64,000 nucleotides of DNA from Synechococcus sp. (lineage in GTDB: Bacteria > Cyanobacteriota > Cyanobacteriia > PCC-6307 > Cyanobiaceae). Location of the stretch: NCBI GenBank assembly GCA_047285805.1, contig JBJBCN010000002.1, positions 288,001-352,000 on the forward strand, written 5' to 3'. Under the pieces are notes generated by a model. That model was not told the origin of the DNA, made no database searches, and was given only the letters and a program-made list of their open reading frames with translations. The first letter of the stretch is position 1, and the number at the start of each line of letters is the position of its first letter. This document shows positions 1 through 8,052 of this stretch, piece by piece. Both the position numbers and the translations under genes were made by a program.

Positions 1-11
1 CAGACATCCCC

Positions 12-163
12 CAGAGGCGAGACCCTACCGGCTTTTTAGGGATGCCTTCACTCCCCAGATCACCTTTCAGTGAAGGGAAGGTGTGGTCTGGGTTGAAATG
101 CACCACGCCCACGTATCTGACAACGGCGCTTGCGGGAACCGTCTCCTGGACGTTTATGGCCTT
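12..163. repeat. ~150-bp direct repeat, copy 1 (pairs with 9931-10083)
   Basis: Hand alignment ~122/153 identical; shared blocks TCACTCCCCAGATCACC, AAGGGAAGG, GACAACGGCGCTTG. Confidence 0.9.
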
Positions 164-526
164 ACTGCCCCCTCCCTCGAGGCTACGGTCACTCTCCTTC
201 TGCGCCTAGCCATTCCCCTAACCCCAAGTGGGGGCAATTTGCCGGTGCTTCAGTTCGTCCCTACATGGGGGTAATTCAGTGCAAGATGCTCGCAAGAACC
301 CAGTCGTCAAGTGGCTGATCAGGTCTTATCTCTGGCGACAGTCTTTGACTAACTGGTCGGGATAACTCACCTACTAACTTCTCTTGATAGGCCGCCTATG
401 ATGGGGTAGGAAGAAATACCCGGGCATGAATTCTGATGTCATTTCTTAAGTACGCAGGAAATCCCAAGGAGAATATTAAGTGCAAGGGAAAGGAAATAAG
501 TAGTAATACTCACTCGCTGGAAGAAA

Positions 527-706
527 ATGGCCCATCCTTTGCAGTTCACGGCAAAGCATTCGACAATCCATGAGGTTGACGTCTTGCTTGGGCGAACCTT
601 CTTTGTTGCCTGCACGCGCCATGGCATGTGCAGGCATCTTGACGACTTTGAATTGGCTATTAAGTGCTTGGAAGAGTTGGAGGACGACGTAGAGGTTCTG
701 GAGTGA
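527..706 (+). CDS. 59-aa small protein (MAHPLQFTAKHSTIHEVDVLLGRTFFVACTRHGMCRHLDDFELAIKCLEELEDDVEVLE), below ORF-track cutoff
   Basis: Own translation; AT-rich upstream region; protein-like composition with C-x5-C and acidic tail. Confidence 0.55.
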   Translation: MAHPLQFTAKHSTIHEVDVLLGRTFFVACTRHGMCRHLDDFELAIKCLEELEDDVEVLE

Positions 707-837
707 GTATGCCATGCCAAATAGGCCTTTGGTGAATGCAATGTTCAGCTGACGGCGAGAGCTTCATTTGGGTGTGCCTTTGGGCTCACGATCCTGAATT
801 CTCGACCTCTGTGCATTGCGAAAATAACTAGTTCTAG

Positions 838-1038
838 ATGGGGCAAACTATGGAACTCCAACTTCCTACTGTTATTGCTAATCAGATTGCTGACCTAGAG
901 CAATCTGAGGCTGAGCTGGTTGCAGCCCTAATTCGAGTCAGAGACGAGAAGCTGAGGCTGTTGTCTGAGCTTGGCAATTATCCCGGGCCACAACAGGCCA
1001 TCATTCTTGAAGACTCTCAAGAGCAGCACCTTCTCTGA
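838..1038 (+). CDS. small coiled-coil hypothetical protein
   Basis: 66-aa ORF with heptad-like Leu/Glu pattern. Confidence 0.5.
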   Translation: MGQTMELQLPTVIANQIADLEQSEAELVAALIRVRDEKLRLLSELGNYPGPQQAIILEDSQEQHLL

Positions 1039-1317
1039 CTACTGCTTAGTGACTTGTGGGTATTTGGAATGCCGCAAGGAGCCTCCGCTTGAGGCTCTGG
1101 GGGAATTACTCGGCCTTCTCCTTTTGTCCTGTGGCTTGTGTCTCTGAAGCCCTGCATAAGTTCTTGTACGCATGACCTGAAAACGAATTCAGATGCACGC
1201 TGTAGAAAGCAGTCCTTGCTAACCATGTGCTGCAACAACCCAAACGCTGAGCACCACAAGCCCGACAAGGCGGAGGCCAAGAAGCCCTCACCTAAGAAGA
1301 CATCCCTTACGGAGTCC

Positions 1318-1476
1318 TCACGCCGCTGATCCGCAGTCGGTCATCGGTCTGCCGTCCTCTTCCCGGATGTACACGTCGCATGACGCTTCTGGCTTCTTCC
1401 AGGTACCTTGCTTGATGACTGCAACCGTTGCCCAGAGGTATAGGGCAATGAGGATGCCATCGGTGATCACGTCCAT
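1318..1476 (-). CDS. 52-aa single-TM microprotein, paralogue of 7900-8052
   Basis: MDVITDGILIALYLWATVAVIKQGTWKKPEASCDVYIREEDGRPMTDCGSAA; GGGAGGG RBS; motif shared with the second copy. Confidence 0.75.
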   Translation of the reverse strand: MDVITDGILIALYLWATVAVIKQGTWKKPEASCDVYIREEDGRPMTDCGSAA

Positions 1477-2458
1477 TCATCCCTCCCTAGCTGGCTTCAC
1501 TCTCTACGAAATGTGCTATGAATACATCTGTAGATATGCTTAGCCAGACTCGCTACGCATTCCTGTGGAGCGGCTATGAGGCGGTAACTCGACCGTCTCA
1601 TCAGCTTACGGATGATACCGACGAGTGCTCTCAGGTTTCGTTGAGCATTGGTGGTGCCCGCCGCATCCATCAATTGGGAGATACACCACGCCACAAGAAC
1701 GCGCCGACTCCTGTTGGTCCCGTTGAATGTGCATCACTCGCTTTGAGTCGCGTCCATATGCGGATGGGCCCTTCGAAGCCTTCAAAAACCTTCTCGAGTG
1801 GCCTACAGGGTGTGCGATACCCCTGAATGAGAGGGCAGACGTCCCTAGTCCATCGACTCATTCCACAGGTTCTATTGACGGCTAATTCTGATGGGTGGCC
1901 TTCCAGAGCACGATGCTTTCAAGGCTTAGAGCGCCCAGCAAAACAGCGATTCCAACCCCCAGAGCCATCGCCTGTGGATTTGCAAATTCCCAAATACCCG
2001 TCATTGATTCGCCCTCATTACCTATCAATCTTGACCCAGCCATCTGCCAGATTCATCAGTAATTCCACCTACGCTAAAGGCAGCTAGAAAAATGATAGGT
2101 GCGTCCTCATGACTCAAGATGGTACGAGAATCTATATCGCTGTCTTCATCTAGATGCCGCACATTGCCTTGAGTCTTATCTCTAAACTGCTGGTTTTAAG
2201 TCATAGCCTGAAATGTAGTCAGGCTGTGACCACCACTACGCAAGTGCCTCTCCGGAAGGGAAGACCAGATCGTGTTTTATTTGGTTTTCAACATCTTGCA
2301 ACTCTTCCCCAGCATGAAGCCTGCCTGGCTAAGAGAATGCCTCTTTGGGGTTGTATCTAACTAGTTCCTAGTCTTGATTGGAATCTTTCCGGCTGAGTAA
2401 AGAGCATTAAATGCTCTTTGCGTGTCCACTGTAGTCCCTTGTTCTTGTCTGATTTCAA

Positions 2459-2866
2459 TTAATAACAGCTGGTCTGATATGTGCTATCTGCTTCGGTCAT
2501 GGCTTCGTCGTCATTATGAAAATAGCAGCCATATATCAGGTTGATGATCCTGTTGATATCCATTTCTCTTTCTGAGGCCTCATTCCAGATTTGACCAGCC
2601 AGCTTGGAATCTCCATCCGCTATCTGCGCCTGAACGAGCGAGCGGGCTACAGAGAAATAAGATTGTCTGTCATTTCTTAATTTGCACTCCTCCTCCGATT
2701 TCACATGTCTAACCCCCCTGTAGGTCAGCGTTGTGCACGCGTCGCTTTCAGTTTTATTCCTGCAGGTGTTGTAAGCCTGACTGCGATAGGTCAGCTCCCT
2801 GCACAGATGGGGCGACGAGACCTGAGAGGCATCCTGCCTAAGGTTTCTGAAGATGAGGTTGTTCAT
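2459..2866 (-). CDS. DUF4278-type (LTYRG-repeat) protein with extra C-terminal helical domain
   Basis: LIFRN/LTYRS/LTYRG repeats; lies directly downstream of a glutamine-II riboswitch. Confidence 0.75.
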   Translation of the reverse strand: MNNLIFRNLRQDASQVSSPHLCRELTYRSQAYNTCRNKTESDACTTLTYRGVRHVKSEEECKLRNDRQSYFSVARSLVQAQIADGDSKLAGQIWNEASEREMDINRIINLIYGCYFHNDDEAMTEADSTYQTSCY

Positions 2867-2884
2867 TGTTAGCTCCTGGTTATA

Positions 2885-2944
2885 CCAGGCCCGCGTTCCT
2901 TGACCTGGGTTGAGCTGCGCCTCGAGAAGATGACGAGGTGAACG
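2885..2944 (-). promoter_or_regulatory. Glutamine-II (Downstream-peptide) riboswitch
   Basis: Minus strand CGTTCA-CCTCG..CGAGG-CGCA...CCAGGTC-AAGGAACG-C-GGGCCTGG: P1 CGTTC/GAACG, P2 and pseudoknot CCAGGTC/GGCCTGG; upstream of a DUF4278-type gene. Confidence 0.85.
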
Positions 2945-2948
2945 TTAG

Positions 2949-2962
2949 GTGGCTGTTGCTAC
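2949..2962 (-). promoter_or_regulatory. putative NtcA box at riboswitch transcript start
   Basis: GTAGCAACAGCCAC = GTA-N8-CAC, one mismatch from GTA-N8-TAC, just 5' of the aptamer (repressor-type position). Confidence 0.5.
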
Positions 2963-3305
2963 ATGGATAGTCAAGCTCTCCCTTCGCCAATGTGAAGCTG
3001 ATGAGTGCTTTTCTTAACTATCGGTGCAATGCTTCGACTCTCAAGGCGGCTTGTATGAGTGAAACTACTCATTCAATGCATCTCGCATCTTTAAGGTGCA
3101 ATGGCTCGCTTGCTTTGAATTGCGTTAGAAAGAATTCATCTGATTCCAAGAAGGAAGGCCGCCCCTCCCCGGTGGAAGAGACGGCCTACCTAGGTCGTTT
3201 ATACATGGGATGTGCCTATTGCTTGATGGACAAAAGAGAAGGTTGGAGCTTCTGATCTTGACGCCTGGCGCCGAGCTTCCAGTTGTCGGGCCTTCTTACT
3301 CCTTA

Positions 3306-3782
3306 GGGCACCTCACTGGGTGCGGATGGAGTGTCCCCCGGCAGAACCGAGATTTAGGACGTGCCCGTGGTGGATGAGAAAGCCCTGTGGAGCAGGGGTT
3401 TGCGGTCAGCAGCTCACTGATGCTTCTGAGGTGGAGTGTCGTCCAAAACGCCTCCGAGATCGATGGACCCACCATCGGTCCGATTCGAGCAGAGGGCAAT
3501 CAGGCTTTATGCGCATTGCCTTTCAACGGCAGACCTCCGATAGTCAGGACAGCGTGCCTGGAGTGAGAGGCCGCTCAGAGGCTCAGTTGAGCGTTCCCTC
3601 TTCAGACACCCGCAACGAAGTTCGGCAGCGATGCCTACCGGAAGAAGTCACACTACCAGCGAAGGAAGACTCGGTAGTCGTTCCTATTGCAACGACTACC
3701 AGCTGCGGCACCATGCGTCCATTCGGGAGGAAGACGCCCGGGTAGGAACCCCTAACCGCGGAGAAGCCACCGCGGTTTTTTC
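3306..3782 (+). ncRNA. candidate large structured RNA (~480 nt), copy A; contains a GCGA-tetraloop hairpin reminiscent of Cyano-2
   Basis: More than 10 hand-identified stems, a 3' intrinsic terminator and a 3' end homologous to 7669-7747. 5' boundary uncertain. Confidence 0.6.
3754..3781 (+). terminator. intrinsic terminator
   Basis: AACCGCGG-AGAAGCCA-CCGCGGTT then T-run. Confidence 0.8.
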
Positions 3783-3797
3783 ATGTCTACGGAAAAC

Positions 3798-4100
3798 TCA
3801 GTGCCCGGCGTGATCGCCTTCCTCGACGATGGAAATACTGACATTGCTGTGCGGCTCGCGTAGCAATGTCAGTTCCTGGTACTCAGCGGCGTCATAGGCA
3901 GCTTTCGCAGCAGCCAGGCTCTCGAATTCTTTGATCACGGTCAGATGGCACAGGTTGCCTTCTCGAACATCAGTGTTCAACTCTCGAACAAGGAAGCGTG
4001 CTCCGCATTTGGCGAGATAGGAGCCTGCGGCTTCGATGTAAGGCCCCATCCCTTCTGGGTTGGTGATTGAGCCCGCGACGTTCCAGTAGGCCTTGGCCAT
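3798..4100 (-). CDS. DUF1330 family protein
   Basis: 100 aa; GARFLVR..REG..EFESLAAAKAAY..EYQ pattern. Confidence 0.85.
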   Translation of the reverse strand: MAKAYWNVAGSITNPEGMGPYIEAAGSYLAKCGARFLVRELNTDVREGNLCHLTVIKEFESLAAAKAAYDAAEYQELTLLREPHSNVSISIVEEGDHAGH

Positions 4101-4300
4101 TTCCTTTTAGAAGCTCAGAGGATGTTTACGCGCATCTTTTGTGTCAGATGCAGCCTTCCCGCCGGATAGGTCGGTCGGCAGGCCAGCTTGCCGGTGCCGG
4201 TGAGCGTCAACGGCACCGGCGCTTGGGATTTTCGTCTCCGCACCGAATCACCGCAGGGATCTCCTTATCTCGGCGATACTCATATAAAGGCTCCCTCTAG

Positions 4301-4642
4301 ATGGCTTCCAAGTTTTTCCACGTACACCATGAGTTCCGAGCAGGGAAAGCCCAGCTGTGGTGGGAGAAGGCCACTGCGGCTATGGCTCCTGGCGGTGGCT
4401 GGGATGCCGCGGTGGCAATGAACCTTGAGGCAGGCTTCTACAACCACTCTTTCTGTCCTGTTGGTCCAGAAGGACCTGCCTTTTGCATCTGGGAGGTACG
4501 TGAGGGTATTTCCGCCGAAGACTTTCAGGAATTTATTGATGGCCCAAATGGCGTCAACTTTGGACTGGGCGCATGGATGAACATTTGCCGTGAAATCGAT
4601 GTGGACATGGCCGGTCAGACCCCCTACCCCAGGAAATTCTGA
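4301..4642 (+). CDS. conserved picocyanobacterial hypothetical protein
   Basis: 113-aa ORF with clearly protein-like content (FYNHSFCP, FCIWEVREG). Confidence 0.8.
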   Translation: MASKFFHVHHEFRAGKAQLWWEKATAAMAPGGGWDAAVAMNLEAGFYNHSFCPVGPEGPAFCIWEVREGISAEDFQEFIDGPNGVNFGLGAWMNICREIDVDMAGQTPYPRKF

Positions 4643-4819
4643 TCAATCCAATCGCATGTCTGAAGACCCATTTGGCTGCCCATTGCCCTACTGAACAAAT
4701 CTGAGATCCGAGAGGGAACTTGGCAATCATCCGTTTCGGATCACGGTGGTCTCTCGATCGTGTCCTCTGCGTTTATGGCTCTGGTCTATTTAGGTTTGCT
4801 AGGACTGGACGATGGAGGC

Positions 4820-5455
4820 ATGAAACGACGGCTCGTAGCCACAGCCTTGTTGCTGACCGCACCTCCGTTTGTAGCCGGCGACCTGGGACTGGCAGATCAC
4901 GCCCTCTCTGGCCTTGATTCCAAGAACCCCGATTTCAACCGCAAGTCGTTCCAGACCTCAATCCTGTACGGCTCGGATGGCAAAGGCAGCAGAGGGGTAG
5001 ACAAGACAGTCGCATCCTTTGAGGACGGACTGTTCAAGGTGACAACCAGCCCCAAATGTATCCAACAGATCCAGACCTAACGCTCTGGGACTTTTGTACC
5101 CAACGCGAGCTTCGACGAAAAGGGGATTACTCCTGAGCAGGTAATTTCCTTCGACTCGCATGTCGAGCAGGGCATCATTATTTTCTCGGTCTTCTACCGC
5201 GATTCAGAAGGCAAAGCTCAGCTAGCGACCCTTGGGTTCAACCAGAATGACTCGCTTGGGTTTAAGCACGCCTTCCTGAACTGGTTGTCCTCTTCCGCAG
5301 GGCAATCGAGACTTAAGCTCGTCGAACCTCCGATCGAAAAGCCTGAGGAAGCGCCCTACCCAATCCGACGCCAACCAATGCAGGGCAACTACTGGCGGCT
5401 AAGCCCCACGGGCTTGTCGATATATGCGATGCAAGCCACCACTCAGCCGGGTTGA
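4820..5455 (+). pseudogene. signal-peptide protein interrupted by one in-frame TAA (5078-5080)
   Basis: GGAGG-ATG start MKRRLVATALLL; the same frame stays open for ~124 codons after the stop. Confidence 0.65.
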
Positions 5456-6031
5456 TTCCTCGCCAGTGCCTGCTGGGCTTCTTCCATCAACAACCCGATG
5501 CACGGAGTCATCATCGCTGGTCGGTCACACTCGCTGACCTCAAAGTCTTCCGTCAATACGGCGTATGCCCTCTGGGTAGCGATTAGCAAAGCCTCTACGG
5601 AGATGCCGACCTAACCCGGCATGGTCACGCAGAACGAAGCAGACACAAGTCTTGTCTGCTCTTTTCGGTTGGTATGACATCGATAAGAGCCAACCGTGTA
5701 TGCAAACACCCGGGAGCATGTGCTCCGGGGCTCCGGCCGGCGTTTGGCCCTAACCCCTGGCTGCTTGCGCCAAATTGACTGCGGTGCTGGCGAAGGGAGC
5801 AGACAACACCCATGCCCCCTCCTCTCTGGGTAGACGCAAAGATTGCGACAGCACCAGCGCGACTTCACGTTTCTTAAACGAATCCGCCAGAATTGCCGCA
5901 CACGTTTGAAAGCCATGCCTCTCTCAAATCCAGTTGAGTTGGTTACGGCTTTTTTGGCTGCCACCATCGCCCTGTGGTTTGTGGGCCGTAGTGTCCCCTG
6001 GGCAGAACTTGAAATCGAGGGGGAAAAAAAA

Positions 6032-6547
6032 ATGACCCGCCTCGCAGCTGCGGTTCTCAGTTACTTAATTCGGCCTGGACTTGCTGCATCAATAGGTTTA
6101 CTGCTGCTCCGACTGAGCATTGGATTGTTGATGATTCACCACGGACAAGAGAAACTCGCCGATCCCCAGCAGTTTGCTTCCACCTACGTTGCTTCGCTAG
6201 ACCTGCCCTTTCCCATGTTCTTTGCCTATGCAGCTGGTTTTTCGGAGTTACTTGGGAGTTGGCTTGTAATCCTGGGTCTATTCACTCCGCTGGGGGCTCT
6301 CGCTCTCACCTCAACTATGGCCGTGGCGGCCTATCAACACATACTTACAGGTGGGCTCAATATTTATGTTTTGGAGCTTGTATTGCTTTATCTTGGAGGC
6401 AGCCTTGCGATCTTGCTGAATGGACCCGGCCGTTTCTCGTTCGATGCGGGTATGGCTCCGTTTTTGCTGAATAATTCCGTCAGTACCACCTCTACTGGAG
6501 GAAGTGGCCTGCAACCTTCCACTATTCCTATTGAAAGTCGTGAGTAG
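6032..6547 (+). CDS. DoxX family membrane protein (in frame with upstream TM peptide from 5915)
   Basis: LLLLRLSIGLLMIHHGQEKL...ELLGS...GPGRFSFD DoxX motifs. Confidence 0.9.
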   Translation: MTRLAAAVLSYLIRPGLAASIGLLLLRLSIGLLMIHHGQEKLADPQQFASTYVASLDLPFPMFFAYAAGFSELLGSWLVILGLFTPLGALALTSTMAVAAYQHILTGGLNIYVLELVLLYLGGSLAILLNGPGRFSFDAGMAPFLLNNSVSTTSTGGSGLQPSTIPIESRE

Positions 6548-6840
6548 ACGCACTGATTGCCACTGCTACCTGGGCTGCTTCCATTGGCTCAGTTGATTAG
6601 ACGTCCCGCCTAGAAGCCACAGCCGGTTTGTCTTGTACATGGACACCCCCGGCTCACCTGTCTAACTGGCAATACCGCCATCCCACAGATCAAACGCTAG
6701 GTGCAACAGCCCCATCGGCTTCACAAGAGAAGCGCCGGAAGGCTGTTGTTGACGACTGGAGGCATCCAACCGCCGCCACACGGATCGAGGAGTTCACGTC
6801 TCGTCTTCTGGAGTTATGGCAATGCCTGCGAAATCAGGCA

Positions 6841-6892
6841 ACAGCCCCCCAACAACACTTCCCGCGACTGAGCAGTGTTGTTGGGGGGCTGT
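6841..6892. repeat. perfect 19-bp inverted repeat, 14-nt loop
   Basis: ACAGCCCCCCAACAACACT / AGTGTTGTTGGGGGGCTGT. Confidence 0.95.
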
Positions 6893-6993
6893 ATGAGGTG
6901 GTGCCCCCGCTCGGACAACGCTGTCTTCATGGCGCCTTCAGCTCAGTTATGGCTTAGATCGCTTTAGCCATGCCAGGGGCTGGTGGACTGCTG

Positions 6994-7194
6994 TCAGTTC
7001 CGTGCCTGGATCAAGTCATTCAGCAGCTGCGGTATGTCCACCCCTTTGAGCCCCTCATCGGGGATTGCAGCGACTCGGAGGACGTTTGGCTGACTGGCGA
7101 CCACCTTGGCAATGGCGTGTTCGGAATCCATCGCCCGAACCGGATGGATGCTGCAGCGGTTCGAGTCGCAATAGAACACTGAATACGCCGTCAT
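6994..7194 (-). CDS. small hypothetical protein
   Basis: 66-aa ATG ORF with plausible alpha/beta composition. Confidence 0.55.
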   Translation of the reverse strand: MTAYSVFYCDSNRCSIHPVRAMDSEHAIAKVVASQPNVLRVAAIPDEGLKGVDIPQLLNDLIQARN

Positions 7195-7224
7195 ACCAAT
7201 CCAAAGAAATGGTGTGGGCCGCGA

Positions 7225-7374
7225 TGTGAGGAGTGCGACCCTGCGCTGCCGACATGACCACGGGGAGGTAAGGACCTCGTCCGGCTGGTTGGGTCAGCAC
7301 CGTTCGGTCATGGCTCAAGCAGTTCCCTGGACGCAATAGCCAAGGAGCCAGGAGGTGGGACCCAGGCTTTTTTT
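7225..7374 (+). ncRNA. candidate ~150-nt structured RNA with terminator
   Basis: Nested stems TGCG/CGCA, CTGC/GCAG, CATGACC/GGTCATG; 3' hairpin followed by T7 (7346-7374). Strand inferred from the T-run. Confidence 0.45.
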
Positions 7375-7494
7375 GCCCGGAATTCAGCTGTCCGTGATGT
7401 GATCCCGAAGGTTTCCTGTCATTCCTCCCCAACGGCTCGTGGTTGATCGAACTTGTGCGCCCACCAGTTGTGGGATCGATGTTCATAATTGAGG

Positions 7495-7747
7495 TCCTCA
7501 CACCAGGGCTGGAGTCAGGCTGAGGAGCACGAACAACGCGACTTAGCCGAATCGCAGGCAATGCTTACAAGCCAGGCTGATGGGCTCACCTATCGCGTCA
7601 CTAGCTCGGGGTTGAGCACCCTCTGTGTCTTTACGCAGAAAGGTTCGAGCTGCTGGGATCTGGAATCGGCAGCGGCAGCATGACTCCCACGGGAGGAAGA
7701 CGTCCGGGTAGGAATCTCAGACCGCCAAGAAGTCACGGCAGTTTCTT
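7495..7747 (+). ncRNA. candidate structured RNA (~250 nt), copy B, homologous to 3306-3782
   Basis: CATAAT -10-like box at 7484-7489; several hairpins; 24/25-nt identity with copy A at 7690-7714; similar terminal hairpin. Confidence 0.55.
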
Positions 7748-7899
7748 ATTGCCGCTGAACTCATCGAGACGGACGAAGTCCTCTCACGTAACGCCAATTA
7801 CGACGCATGAAGGAAAGCCACCCCCTCCTCCGATCATGGGTTGCTCTCGACCGTGTCGTCAGCGGCTATGGCTTAGGTCTGTCTAGGACTGAAAGGGGT

Positions 7900-8052
7900 T
7901 CAGCAATGGCGCATTGGGTGCTCATCCCCCTCACGGAAGAAGACCTTGCAGCATCCCTCTGCTGGAGGCTGCTTTCGCTTTGCCTTGTGATCTGCGACCA
8001 CAGTTGCCGTGACGAACAAGGTGAGCAGGATGCCGTCGGTGAGCGGCTCCAT
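7900..8052 (-). CDS. 50-aa single-TM microprotein, paralogue of 1318-1476
   Basis: MEPLTDGILLTLFVTATVVADHKAKRKQPPAEGCCKVFFREGDEHPMRHC; GGAGAGG RBS. Confidence 0.75.
   Translation of the reverse strand: MEPLTDGILLTLFVTATVVADHKAKRKQPPAEGCCKVFFREGDEHPMRHC

Noticed and set aside
3320..3745. 141-aa ORF over the structured RNA candidate
   Set aside because: No RBS or recognisable family, Arg/Ser/Cys-rich composition, and the frame is not kept in the second copy. Not fully excluded.
7201..7260. Canonical Yfr1 or Yfr2 gene
   Set aside because: Only a 10-nt motif match; lacks the Yfr2 GGAAACA loop and the twin hairpins flanking the Yfr1 motif.
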